This document shows positions 1 to 12,651 of a stretch of 64,000 nt of DNA, piece by piece. The stretch is from Sphagnum compactum (taxonomy: Eukaryota). Position numbers and translations under genes: made by a program. Location of the stretch: the NCBI GenBank assembly GCA_965153455.1, contig OZ234493.1:26402213-26466212 (forward strand). The letters run 5' to 3'. Within the stretch, counting starts at the first letter, position 1. Every line of letters begins with the position of its first letter. Under the pieces are notes generated by a model that made no database searches, had not been told where the DNA came from, and saw only the letters and a program-made list of their open reading frames with translations.

Positions 1-329
1 GTATATGCACAGATGCTCCCCAGTATGTAGCTGAACTTTCTTTTTCTCTGCTCACCTTAATTTCACTCTGAGGACCTGGTATATTGTGTGCATTTTCTTG
101 GGGTGTGGCCTCGTCACTGTCTACTTAGTTGACAAGAAAATTATTGAAGTTGATCTACATCTTTACATTCAATGTAATATCTGTGCAATTGCCCAGTTTG
201 TCATACTTGTAGTGATGCTGGTCAATGTAGATGAATGAATGCAATTCAACTGATGTTTGTAGTCAAACTTTTTTCCTTTGGAATTTGCAACCTGATAGAC
301 AATTTTTTTTTCTTGAACTGGTGTCACAG

Positions 330-509
330 ACTTAGATGTATTCCATCACCCACATCTTTCAGCAAAGCCTGCTTGAGAACTCTCCAATGTGCAAATTCAA
401 GCCTCACAATTGGAAATTTTACTGCATCTCCATCAAGTACAGGATGTGATGTGACTTCATGTAACTATGAGGGTTTTATCCAAGGAAATGTAACTGCCAT
501 CTTATCTCA
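330..509 (+). CDS. LYM1: LysM-domain GPI-anchored protein (LYM1/LYP4/LYP6-like), internal exon; 5' part of gene lies upstream of the window
   Basis: Acceptor cacAG|a at 329/330 and donor ca|GTAAG at 509/510. Encodes LRCIPSPTSFSKACLRTLQCANSSLTIGNFTASPSSTGCDVTSCNYEGFIQGNVTAILS, matching the Cys pattern (C..MQC.NS.L.LGN.T....GC.VT.C.Y.GF..G) after the LysM repeats in LYM-type proteins. Exact orthology is uncertain. Confidence 0.85.
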
Positions 510-1042
510 GTAAGAAAACCCTTGCCTCTCCTTCATTTTTCGGGCAATACTGTTTGTACTCAGTAATGAAGCCTCTCCTAAACTAATGTGCATACATTGG
601 TCAATTGTTAGATGGCTTTGCTATGATATCAACAATCAGAATGCTATAACCAGCTGGTAATTGCTGACTGCCAACCTTTGGCATAGGTTACCAGTTCCTG
701 GCATGTTGAGAGCGACCATTGGAAACAAATTTGCTATCAATAAATGTGGTCTGAAATGTGGTTGTGAAGACCACTTTCATCATTTAGTGATGGTACAAAT
801 GTGGTTGGCTGGAATGATTCAGAACATGTAGCATGCGTCCTGAACAACCTGTACCTTTTTTATTCTTAGCCTCCTTTGAGGCCTTGAAGACTATCAAATA
901 GTTTGATCTGGATTTTTCTCTCAGCTATATCAAGACCATAAGACTCGGTAACTATAGAACTGTGTCCCTATTTGTCATAAGGTGCACATTACTTGTAATG
1001 TGAAACAACTACTCACTTATATCTAAACTATCTTATTGGCAG

Positions 1043-1074
1043 GGTCGTAAACTCAACTGAGAATCAATGTCCAG
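1043..1074 (+). CDS. LYM1: 32-nt micro-exon of the LYM-like gene ((Q)VVNSTENQCP)
   Basis: ggcAG|g acceptor and ag|GTACT donor. Phases 2 in / 1 out join both flanking exons in frame and supply the conserved final CP motif. Confidence 0.8.
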
Positions 1075-1365
1075 GTACTCCTTTACTTTTGTGTGTCTCT
1101 CCACCTAGCATCCCAGAAATTGTGTCTTTTCCTTTCAATTCACATCTGATGAGATTCAGCAATTGACAAGTGTCTCAGACAATTTCAAACTGACCATATC
1201 AGAGGAGCCCTTATTAAAAAGAATCTTCATCTCCCTGGAGACCACAAGGGGCATGAAGTTGTTAGGTTGATGAGGTTGAGGTGCTGACTAGGGACCACAC
1301 TGTAAACCTTTGATACAGTTTTAGAAGTTCAGAAATGACACAGTTTTTTGTTTTTTGTGTTTCAG

Positions 1366-1565
1366 TGCTGGCATCATTGACATATGACAATCCTGCCCCA
1401 ATTGGCAGATATCCAGTTCCTCCTGCAGCCCCAACGCCAGGACCCACATCATCAGCATCTGGTGCCCCAGCTCCAGCCCCAGCAACTAATCCTTCAAGTG
1501 CCAGTTTTCACATACCTTCTTTGATGGGCTTTCTAGTCCCACTTGTTCTAGCCATATATCTTTAG
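1366..1565 (+). CDS. LYM1: Terminal exon of the LYM-like gene: Pro/Ala/Ser-rich linker and GPI-anchor signal
   Basis: Polypyrimidine tract plus tttcAG|tg acceptor. Encodes VLASLTYDNPAPIGRYPVPPAAPTPGPTSSASGAPAPAPATNPSSASFHIPSLMGFLVPLVLAIYL*, with small-residue omega site candidates and a hydrophobic C-terminus. Confidence 0.85.
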
Positions 1566-2462
1566 TTATCTGGTGGGCACCAACTGGTTTAAATCTTACT
1601 TCGACAATTTGTGATCTAATTTTGCAGGGTTCTGTATGCCTGAGTTTTAATGGTGGTTTGTCTGATGATTCACCAGCTGCTATTGATCCACTTATATGCA
1701 TTATAGAGATTCAAAAACTCATAACTCATGGTTTTCATCACTGAGGAAAGGACAAAACCTGTATTTTGTTTTTGGCTGAAATCCAATGAACAAGTTTGGG
1801 GCTGATGGTCTTTACTTAACACCAAAGATTGACTTGTTACATGCAAGGATAGTTTGAAGCTTCTGGGAATTACAAATCTGTGTGCTACCTCGCGAAATTT
1901 CTGTTTGATTTAGGGCACTTACCAAAATTGCAGGTGTTGCATCTATCATGTGTTGGCATTTGGTGCTGTCTTCGAAGTTGGGTGTGTTTGTCTAAAATTT
2001 CTCATCCTCTTTCAGAAACTTTTCAGTAAACGCCAGTGTTTTAGTTTTATAGGGGAAATTTTCTGAAGTGGCAAATTAGACATGGATGTGAGATATCCAT
2101 AAACCTGTGGGACCTCTCCCTCCTTTCACATTGAGACCACAATTCATCTCTCTTGTTAAGTTTATACATTGTCATCACTTAACTTCACAAAAGTATTCAA
2201 ACTTTCATATCCAAGCTACCATAAAATGGAAGATAAAGATACTTGCATGCTTTGGAAAATGATGGAAATTGGTTTTTTAAGAAGGTGCTGATGACGGAAA
2301 GGAAAGGCTAATAGGGCCCTTCATGTCCCAAACTTTAGTGGTGGAGGTATTTGGGAGAAGTAATGAAGCTCCCTATTTATGAAAACAGGTGAAAATTTCC
2401 ATTCCCACTGATAACATGTTCTTTATCCAGTTTCTATAAGTGCTCCCATGATTTTGTGCCAC

Positions 2463-2594
2463 TTTAGAAATTGCAATTCAGTGAATCTTAACAAACCAAG
2501 AAGATCTACTTTCATTGAGTTAGCAATGTTTAGAAATTGTGTCCGTGAATGTTAACAAACCAAGAAGATGGACTTTCATTGGGTTAGCAATGTT
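2463..2594. repeat. Tandem duplication, ~66-bp unit x2
   Basis: ttagaaattg...ttaacaaaccaagaagat..actttcattg.gttagcaatgtt occurs twice in succession. Confidence 0.8.
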
Positions 2595-5500
2595 CACACT
2601 CACTAATCTACACATTTCATCCTTAAACAATTTTTTTGTCAATGTGTTGTTGGGTAGATCAAGTAGTCCTACTTGGTAGGAATATGTAGGTTTGTTGTGG
2701 GAAACAAGAAACCAAGCTTCATGAGTCATAGAGGCAAAAACATCTCTTGGGCGTAATGGTTTCCAATGAGTTCTTCCCATGAGTACATCAAATAAGATGC
2801 ATGCCCTGGTATGAAGTTCTACCAGGGCCTGTTCCAGAGTGTAACCGGTGTTATATCCCTACACTGTTCCCATCAGAAGTGGAACTGGCAGAACCAAAAG
2901 TGGAACCAGCAGATGACCATCTGTCCCACCTTGGAAAAAGCCCTAGAAAAAAGAAAAAGACACCAGAACTGGGTTATGATATGTTCACTAAGAAGAGCCC
3001 AACCAATATAGACTACACATCAAGTGTAAGTTCTGCCACAAAAGCAGGGGATACCTATTCCTTGATTGGGGGGCAGAATGGACACTTACTGCTGATTCTG
3101 CATAGGTTCTTTGCTGTTCCCCTAACTTCTTGCACCATTGAATGGGTGCAAGGTGGATTCTATAAGGGATATACAAGTTGTGTGAATGTAAAATTGTAAA
3201 CATACCTTGTGTTAGGGTATTTAGGGCTCAAATCCCTAACACTTACTTAAGCCCAAAATAGCAACACATGGCCTATCACTATAGGGATGGTAGTTAGCTC
3301 TAGGTTCACCTATTCACACTTAATAACTTCTTGAGGGTTTTACAAAGTTGGCAACGTACTTTCACACATGATGATTCACACATATCATTATGATATGTTA
3401 CATGCGAAGGTCCCTTTTGTCATTCCCTTGTGCCAAGGCTTTATGTTGAAGCTTTGTGTTGCATTGCTTGCACTTTCCTTCCTCTTTGTTCTCGCACTTT
3501 CATGTTTGTTGAAGTTTTGCACACTTTGCAACAACTTGCAATGTGCATTCTACCTTGTGTGATACCGCATCCTATAAGCAAACAACTTGCATGCATCATT
3601 GACATCAAGCAATTTTTTGTTGTTGGTTTGTTTTTTTTTTTAAAACTATGTTTTGTGTTGTGTTTTCTACTTTCAAGCTTTTCATTTTCAAGCTCTCATT
3701 TTCAAATTCATGTTTTTAAGTTTTTCATTTTCTTTGTCTTCATGCTCCTACTTTGTTGTTTTTTCTTTTTCAATCTCTTATTTCCACAACATTTGAAAGC
3801 AATTTAGGCTCACAATTCCATGAATACATTGTATAGTGAAGTCATTTCCAATCTTTTTTTTGTGTGAAATTTCAATCAATTGCAAAACGTAACAATAGGT
3901 TGCTAATAATATAAAAGGAGAAAAATGAGGTTTTTTTAAATTGTGAAAAATGCAAGGATTTGATTTAAGGTTCATTACATTTGCAACAAATAGTCATTGT
4001 CCATCATGACTTCCTACAATTTTTATATTTTCTTGGGAGCTTCATACCCAACCCCCTCCCCTCCCCTCCCCTCCCCTTCCTCTCATCAATAGCAAATTGT
4101 TTCCTTGTAGCCTTCTATCAACTTTGATTTACAAGAGTTGTTTGTTTTCTTATTTACTCTTGTAACCTTTCTCCTCTCCTCACATTTTTTTTAATTACAA
4201 ATATTTTAATTTAGGGCAAGGGGTCATTGCAAAAGACCATCATTTTGTTGGTCGTTGTCACACTTAAATTCTTAACAATTGTTGTTTGTGGGGGGGGGGG
4301 TGGGGGTGGGGGTGGGCGGTCAATAACAAATCTTCAATCCCTACAAATATGAAGAGATCTTCAAGTTTGTGGTCAAGTTTCAGTGATAATTAAAGAGCAT
4401 TAGATTCCCTTGGAGCTTGATCAAACAATATATATCATGTTGATGCAAAGGTGAAATTTTCCTTTAAGTTTGTTAGATTTATGATTTTGTTTATATATGC
4501 ATGTGTGTGCAAACTCAACTTTAGAAACATTTTTTTAATGTGTGGCAAGGAGAATAAAAAGTTTAAAGTTTGGTTACTCCACAATTTCATCATAATCTAG
4601 CATTAAAGATTTTCTTTTGAAATAGGTCAAGATTTTGCTTTGACCTACAACAAGTTGGGTTCAAGGTTGTTGTATGGTTTAGAGGTGAAAACACAAATAG
4701 GTGGACTATCTGGATTATCATTCTCACAAATTTTTTGGATGTACATGAAATTAAAATGTAAAGTCATATTCAACATTAACATTTATCAAAATTTTAAATT
4801 ATCCATGTTGCAATAAACTTTAGTGAAAATCATATTAAAAAATATGCATGAAATCTAAGAATGCACATTGGATAACATGGTTTGTTAAATGTAATTACAA
4901 TAGTTTTAACTAATGTAAATTTGAACTTTCAAATGCCACTTTTGAACCACCTAATCTTATTTTTATCCTTAGGGTTTGCATCTATAAGTGTTTATTTGAT
5001 GATGGTAGTATCAAAAAACTTCAAAAAATAATTATGTGTTGCTAGTTCAAGATGGATGTGAGGTTTAGAGTTTGCAACTTTAAGTATTTGCTTAATGATG
5101 GTAATACCAAAAGCTTCAAAAAAGAACTATGTGTTATTGGTTTTGGGTTGTTGTGAATTTAAGGTTTTTAGTTTTAGGTCTTTTGCTTGATGATAGTGGT
5201 ACCAAAATAATAATAATAAATTATGTTGTGATATTCATTTCCAAGGTTTAAGGTTCAAGTTTTAATAATATTTTTTGTGTTTATCTAAAGAACATATTGT
5301 AAGCATGGTAGTTCAAACATCATTCCATATCTAAAATATTTATATACAAAAGTTATAAACTTGATTTCCAAGGGATAGCCTTTCTTCAACAAAGGTGAGT
5401 CCAAGCTTTTTATCATCGTGCTTGTCTTTTAGGGTTTTGATGGTGACAACAAGGAGCCAACACCAACTTGTCAAACTTATTTTTTAATAGATAGAATTGG

Positions 5501-6384
5501 ATTTCAATAGATTTTCCTTTCATGGTTAGCCTTGGTAGTTCAAACATTAGTCCATATTTGAAATATTTTTTCTTATACTTTGACAATACCCATGACTTTA
5601 GTAGGTTCCCAATTAGGCTAGCAAAACTAGCTAGATGCAGATCGATATAATCTGAATATATTAGACCTTTTTGTCTTTCTTTTTTGTTGGACTTGTCACT
5701 TATCATTGGTGGATGTGCTACCAAACGAGACATCATCTACAACCCAACAAGATTTTTTTCTATTCAATTTGCAAAAAGAACGTAAGGATATTCTTCCTTC
5801 CAATCACTTGCTCAAGAAACATATTCTATGCTCCAAAACAAAAGTCGCCTCATGCTTAAGAAGCGTAAGTTGCTTATTATTAGTGTTTTGTATGCTTTTG
5901 TAGATTTTGTTGATCAAGAATTGAAGAAGGAAGAGCTTGAAGGCCCTGAGCAACCAAATAACAGCTAAGCAAATTGTTTCCATATGATCTTTGTCTTCAT
6001 GCTCATTTTTCCTTTGCCTTAGTAACATTTGTTTTCTGTGTCAAGAAAGACTCCTTTGGGCTTCGTGGAAATATGAACTTTGTCTTCATGTTCATTTTTC
6101 CTTAACCATAGTAATATTTTTTTCTCTCTCAAGAAAGACTCCTATGGGAATCCACATTAACATTTATCTAGAACCAAGCTATGAAGAACAAAGTTGCAGG
6201 TGGAACTACCTGAAAGATGAGGCCACAGTGACCAGTGCACCATGAAGGATGGATGGTAAGTGATCAGGAAACAGTTTTCTGTTGGGTTTCAGTTTCCTAG
6301 CCAACCATGGTGGTTAGCTCAGTTGCTTTTGTTTTCCTGCCTACTTACTAACAATCCACAAGCAGGTTGGTCATAGGTAGGTAG

Positions 6385-6570
6385 TAAAAACAGCCCTTAC
6401 CTAGTAATTACCTATTTTCCTACCTATCTACCTATACAAGAGACCTATTTCCTACAGAAATGGTTACCAAGGTGAAACCAAATATTAACTCAGTTGAGGT
6501 TCATCCACAACTGAGTAATAAGGGGCATCCAGTGGATGGTGTGCTGGTGGGTGCTGGTTCACTGTGCCTG
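6385..6570 (+). repeat. Interspersed repeat family C (tacctac-rich start, core aaggtgaaacc...aactcagtt...ggatg)
   Basis: Diverged copies occur at ~42700-42860 and ~42915-43000. Confidence 0.6.
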
Positions 6571-7465
6571 TCAGATTATGGGAACTGGATCGGAGGTTGC
6601 ATCAAACTACAAAAGGGAAACCAGAACAGACACCAGCGCTTCCCTTCAAAATCAAAAACTAACAAGAAGGACTGGAACCCAAGATTTTCTTGAATGAGAC
6701 AACATTGATTCAAATTTCATACACGTTACATTTGTTGAGTTCCAGTTGTCTTTGTTTGTGCAGATCTTCTTCTTCACAACAACAACAATCCCCAGACCTA
6801 CTACTGACCTTGCATGAGGAATATGTGCCACATCATGTCTCTGCCCTACTGGCCAAAATGCTGCCAAAAGTAATGGGCACGCTCTTGGAATTTGTCAAGC
6901 AGCAGCAGGTATAGTGAATGAACTTGGGAAAGTACTCAAAGTGCAACTAATAAGCATGCTGAATGAAATTATTAATTTTGGATGTATTAATGGTTTCTCT
7001 CACCTCATAGAAACCAATGCAGAATAATTGGACACAACGCCCTTTTCTGGCAGAACGTGATAAAGGATGAGGAGGAGTTTCATTCAGTTTTACCAATAGA
7101 GATGAGTCAGTTGAGGTACTATTGATATTGTAGTCTGATGCTGGTGAAACCAAGCTAGTTGTCTCTGGTGTTTTTTGGTTACAACTTAGGCTACTTATTA
7201 CATTAGATCCCAACCCAACTTGGACCATGTTTCTAAGTCCCTTTCCTTGGGATGTGGCCCTCATTCATGCTTTGGGGAAGATGTTAAATAAGACAGATCA
7301 GGCCAGGGCAGATAATGAAAAAAAGAGGAAGGCAGTACTTATGTACTCTCTGCAATAAGGACCCTGTGCTTATTTAAGCTCTTCCATGAGGTTGCTTCAA
7401 CTGTTGTCTGATGTACTACATATAACACGCACCAGCAATCCAGAAGACCTGTTCAACCTTCAAAC

Positions 7466-7670
7466 CAGTGTTGGACGGGTATTCGATTTCTCGAACAAAT
7501 TGTAGAATCCTCGCTTCAGAATCTTAGAACTGTCGGTTTTGAGTACTTGAAAAAAAAACACATCAGAATCAAAGAACCGTCAGTTCCAATTATTTCAAGA
7601 ACCTCAAAGAACCACTGGGTTTCATAAAAAACTCAGTCAAATAACCGCCGGATTTAATGGGTGGTAAGTT
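7466..7670 (+). mobile_element. Truncated hAT-type non-autonomous element (CAGTGTTGG end, gaaccg subterminal motifs)
   Basis: Starts cagtgttggacggg, resembling the hAT end at 41138 and the element at 22464. Repeated aagaacc motifs. Confidence 0.45.
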
Positions 7671-7689
7671 GTCTGGGGTAGGGGGTGTA

Positions 7690-7960
7690 GATTTTTTGGA
7701 TTTTTTGGTTGCCATTGTGTTCCCATACAGTTCCTTCCATGTTTCCAAGGTTCCCCAACATGTTCCCAATAGCATCTCTCACTTGATATCCTTGGCCTTC
7801 ATACTCTTATAACCTACATAAGCAGCCCAAAAGGAGGAGACTGCAAATATACCTATGATGGGACTGTCCAAACCTTGATTAAATCCTTTTGTGGAAGTCA
7901 ATCAATGCTGTGCCCATCACAAAAGGAAAGAAAATTGAACTTTGGGTCACGCAACAACTG
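7690..7960 (-). repeat. Interspersed repeat family B copy
   Basis: Reverse-orientation gttccc-rich sequence similar to 26520-27200 and 51420-51640. Confidence 0.55.
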
Positions 7961-10394
7961 ATTAATATAAGTCAGTCTGTCACTATGCCACGAGCATTCG
8001 CTGTGGCAAGAAAGGGTGCTGAACGACACCGCTAGGGAAATGGTTTGTAAGCAACTACAGAAGTGAGCAAGCAAGAGTATTACATATAGTAAAGGACGAC
8101 GGGATGAAATGAAGCTTTTCATCCATCCTTTCGTCCGTCATCCGTCCCGTCATCCATCCAAACAGAACAAGTATATATTTTTAAAAGGGAAAAACTAGAA
8201 GAAAAAAAAAAAAACAGATAAACACTTTAACAATTAGAAACTTTTTGTAAACAGTTAAACATGAAACAAACAAGGGAAATACAGTAAAATAATCTTAAAA
8301 GAAAATTAAAAAATAGATGACAAAAAATAAGAAACAAAACAGAGAGCAAAAGAAAGAGAAAAAAAACCATACTTGAAAAAATAATGAGGTTTGTCTTCTT
8401 TTTCCAAACTTCAAACCTGCATCTAATCAAACAAAAATAAAAAAGTTTTTAAAATTATTCTTATTATAAAACATATTAGAAAAACTAGAATTTTTTTGGA
8501 AAAGAAAATAGAAACTAAATAAATAAATAAACCCATAAAAATAGAAAAAAGTGAAGATAGACAAAATAAGAAGAGAAAAACTTAAAACATGAAACAAACA
8601 TAAACAAAAAAAAATAAAAACACAAAAACTATAAAAAAGGAATGGAAACAAATGAAAAAAGGAAAGGGAAATACAATAAAATCATTTTAAAAGAAAAAAA
8701 TTACAAAAAAGAAGAAACCAAATAAAGAGTAGAAAATAAGAAAAAATAAAACTTATAATAGATTGGTCAAATTTTAATTTAAAATTTGAAAGAAAAGAAT
8801 TCTCAAAAATTTCATGGGAATTGTGATGAATTATATAACAATTTTTAATCTATATAGGCAAGTATATAAAAAGAGTTTCAAATTGGAGCAATGAAAATGT
8901 GAAAATTGATCAATGTTGGTCTATTTACATTTTTCAGAAAAAATTCAAGTCAGCTAACAAGTTCACAAATACAAGTTGCTTCATTTCCTACAACCTTCCA
9001 AATGCATAGAACATCGTTGCTTAACTATGGCCCGAATTTCATAAAAGCGGAAAGGAGTCTCTATAACAAAAATGCAAGGGAGATAAAATTAAATCTAATC
9101 CAAATTTAAAGTTATAGCTTTGCTCTAGAATAATCTCAAGATATCTTATAAAACATTATGGAAGAACTCTAATGATGAAAAATTATGAACAAAACACATA
9201 GACAGAGAGCTCAAGTGGAAATATACAAAAACCCCATGTGTCCTACCATAAAAACTCTAACTACAAGTGTCAAAATGACCTTGTAAGGTTAAGTAAATTG
9301 ATTTCAACACTTGCCTGTTGAAACTAACCATCCCATTCAATAATGTCTTAATGGTTTTAGCACTATTTAAATTATTTTAAAATTGTCAATATATTGAAAT
9401 ATATATTACAAGAAATGTCGAAATTTTGGAATTTGATCATGTCAAGCAGTTCCAAGTTTCATTCACCTTTAAATTAAGCCTATCATACAATGCAAAACTA
9501 AAATGAAACAATACCTATTTGATGAGGCATTTTCATCTTGAGAATCATTGTTGGCTAGCCCCTCTAAGGAAATAGTTGATTATTGTCTTTATTATCCTCA
9601 TTTAACCATTAGTTTGAGAGATTTTTCTAATTAAGTAGGTAGTTGAAGGATAACCTTGTTTTTTTTTTTCTATTGTTGCAAAAAAAAAGTAACTAAATCA
9701 TGAAAAAAGAGATATATTACTCACAAGGTAAAAATGATTGGCATATTTGTTACTACATAGATTCATGAGAACAATTTGTCTCAATGATATATTGAACTTT
9801 ATTAGGAAAAATAATCAAGAATTCATGTAAAGGCACATGCAAACAAAAACCAAGGAATGTAACAATTGAATAATGTTGATAAAAATGGTTGAAAAAAATG
9901 AGTTTTTGTTTCCCATTCAAGTCAAAAATATTAAGAATTTTTATCATGTGAGTTGAAAACATTGAGAATATATATTATGTGCCAAAATGCATTTTAAAAA
10001 TAAATTAATCGTGCAATGATCAAGCGTTGACTCTACCTAAGTACTCCAATAATGAAAAAATGAAAATCTTGTCACAAAATGTGCTAGAAGTGGTTTTTGT
10101 AAGGTAAAGCCCTACCACAAGAGCATCCTCAAAATAAAGGTTTAGGATGAGACAATATAGTGTTGAGTCCCATATAGTGTTTGGCAGGTAAATTTATCAC
10201 CTTGATATAATGGTGGGTATATAATGGGGTAAATATATACCCTACCCGACTAGTAAATGTTGTTTTCAGTTGTTCTTTTAATTTCCCTACTCAAATGGTA
10301 AAGATTTGAAATTTAACTTGTTTTCACTTTACTCAACTAGTATATAGTTGAGGTTTACCTTCACTCAAGGGAAGGTAATTGTTTTGAAACAGGA

Positions 10395-10670
10395 AAATTG
10401 GAGGTATATGCCAAAATGAAATTTTAATAATAAAAGAATCTCAAAAATGAAGTGAATTCCAAAATGCTCAAGGTGAGTAAAAGAGAGAAAATAAATAAAT
10501 AAATAAATTCAGATTTTCTTATTTGATTTTCAACAATAGCCATAAATATAGAAAGTTGATTAAACATTTGCACGAATGACTTAAATATTTTATACATCTT
10601 TCTATGGAAGTATGGATGATAGCCACTTAGGTTATATTACAAAAGAATTCCCAAACAAAAAAGGGCACTG
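10395..10670 (+). mobile_element. hAT-type MITE family A copy upstream of the 11394 gene
   Basis: Shares family motifs (tagccataaatatagaa; tatggatgatagccact..g.ta.at.acaaaa) and ends aaaagggcactg. Confidence 0.7.
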
Positions 10671-11149
10671 TAAGAAAGAAGGTAGCCTCCAAAATACGTA
10701 CATTTGGGAATTTGTGCAATTTTGTGCTAGTGCTTTACGGTTGAGTTTAACTGCACAATTGCAACCGGCGGCGCTGCTTCTCCCTTTTTCCCGCCCTGCA
10801 CTTCTCGCCTGTTGTTGCTGCTTCCTTCCTCTTCTTCTACCCCGTGCGTCAGCTGCGTCGTCTTCCGCCTTCCAATTCCCTCCTGCCCAACTTCTTCGCG
10901 CTGCGTCCCCTCCCCCCCCCCCCCCCCTCTCCTCTGTCGCTGGACGCTTCCTTGCTTCCTGAGTGCTCTTCAACTTTCTTCAGAAATTGGGTTTCCGTTT
11001 TTTTCTTGGTTTGTGTGAGCGCGTCTGTTTTCCTTTTTGTCGATTTTCTTGACATCTGCTTTGTTCAAAGGAAATCTGCCTGGGTCCCACTTTGTACGTT
11101 AGTGTCCGCTTTTGTGTTTCATAAGAAGGAAGAGCAACCTCGTTTGTGA

Positions 11150-11153
<4 letters not shown>

Positions 11154-11185
<32 letters not shown>
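11154..11185. repeat. (TG)n microsatellite in the 5' leader or leader intron
   Basis: Directly visible. Confidence 0.95.
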
Positions 11186-11188
<3 letters not shown>

Positions 11189-11393
11189 TACGTGTGTGTT
11201 TTCCTTTTGTCTGCTTTGCTTTTTACGTCGATACACGGATTGTGTTGTTCTTCAAATTTGCATTTGTGTTCCGTGTTTCTTTGTCGAAGATTGAAGTTTG
11301 CTTCAGTCGACTGTTCGGAGCGAGTTTGTTGAGACCAGGACAAGAAACCGAAATTGGTTTTTGTCAGATTTCTGAGCTCTTCGTTTCGTTGAT

Positions 11394-12461
11394 ATGGCGC
11401 ACGTTGATGTCGAGGGAGGTGGTGGGATGAAGAAACGGAGTAGACAAGAAGAAGACACCATGGGTGTGGTGGTCCTCTGCGATTATGCTCGCGAACAAGA
11501 CGAGGCTGCAGCAGCTCCTACTGCCAGCAAGCGCCAGTACGGAAGCATTCGTAACTCGGAGTATGTTTCTGTTCTTGACGTGTATGTGCCTGGAGTTGGC
11601 GGGACTCCCTGCAGAAATGAATGTTTGGCGTCGGCTATCAACAACGGCGCCGGCTTCGAAGCTGAGGCGGAGGAAGCCGGGAACAAAGTTGAGAGTTCTA
11701 TACTGAGGGAGTTAGAAGACTGCCTACTAGTTGGAGAAGATGAACAAGTAGGTTCTTCGGAAAGTGCTGTGAGTGAAGAAAACGCGGCAGCTCGCGTTTT
11801 AAGAAGCCTGGAAGAGGAACTAGGATTATCTGAGTCCGAGGAGGGACACACAGCCGTTTCTAGCTTGCCTTCCGCAGCAGATGAAGAGGCGCCTTGTACC
11901 GCAGCTTTTGCAACTTGGGGAGACGACGTATGGAACATGCACGGATTCTCGAGCGCGGATTTATCCGTCGGCTGTTCTAGCGGGAGTACTGTAACGGGAG
12001 ATGATTTCGTCGTGTGTGAGCGATTTGATGTTCACCCGATGATACTGAACCAGGAGAACAACAATGCCGGTGGTGATCCGGTCGACATTTGTTTCCGCCT
12101 GGAAGGCGTGTCTGATGAGAGACTGGACTGCCCATCAAGCGCTGCTGCTCCTGCTGCTGCTGAGAAAGGTAGATTCGATGACAGTACCGGAAAGAGAAGC
12201 CTTCTGAATCAGGAGAGCAGTTTCGTGACTGCAGCAGCAGCGGGAGGTGCTGCTGCTGGGGTCGGGACACTGGAAGGCTTACATAATGCAATAAGCTGGG
12301 CATTGGAAGAAGGATTCGATGATTACTCAGGATTCAATCATATGGATGTCGGAGATGATTGGATAACGCCAGAAGGCAATCTCGATTTCCTTTTGGATTC
12401 CACCACGGTTTATGCTACTACCATTGCATCACCTTTCATTGAAGAAGGCGTGCCTCTCTGA
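11394..12461 (+). CDS. Single-exon acidic uncharacterised protein, 355 aa, probably nuclear
   Basis: Long GC/CpG-rich ORF preceded by a pyrimidine-rich leader (10760-11390). Basic KKRSR...KR (NLS-like), VLRSLEEELG and RLEGVSDERLDCP motifs recall a plant uncharacterised family (VMRSFEEEI / LLEASDDELGLPP, AT1G13360-like; from memory). Confidence 0.85.
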   Translation: MAHVDVEGGGGMKKRSRQEEDTMGVVVLCDYAREQDEAAAAPTASKRQYGSIRNSEYVSVLDVYVPGVGGTPCRNECLASAINNGAGFEAEAEEAGNKVESSILRELEDCLLVGEDEQVGSSESAVSEENAAARVLRSLEEELGLSESEEGHTAVSSLPSAADEEAPCTAAFATWGDDVWNMHGFSSADLSVGCSSGSTVTGDDFVVCERFDVHPMILNQENNNAGGDPVDICFRLEGVSDERLDCPSSAAAPAAAEKGRFDDSTGKRSLLNQESSFVTAAAAGGAAAGVGTLEGLHNAISWALEEGFDDYSGFNHMDVGDDWITPEGNLDFLLDSTTVYATTIASPFIEEGVPL

Positions 12462-12595
12462 TGGGATTTCTCGTTGTCTCGTAGATATGGAGCTTGAGAC
12501 CCAAAGAGTGCAAACTCAGCAATTCCTATTTTTGTCAAATAGGTAGACCCTGCACAACTACAGGATTTGTTACATCGAGATCATGTGCTGCTGTT

Positions 12596-12596
<1 letters not shown>

Positions 12597-12647
<51 letters not shown>
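12597..12647. repeat. (CT)n microsatellite in the 3' UTR
   Basis: Directly visible. Confidence 0.95.

Positions 12648-12651
<4 letters not shown>

Noticed and set aside
2801-3199. 132-aa plus-strand ORF
   Set aside because: No recognisable motif, no promoter-like context, and it overlaps minus-strand splice-like signals.
8160-8760. Hydrophobic Phe-rich ORFs on the minus strand
   Set aside because: Artefact of A-rich low-complexity sequence.
11483-12303. Antisense ORFs of 151 and 108 aa
   Set aside because: Shadow frames of the GC-rich 355-aa CDS.
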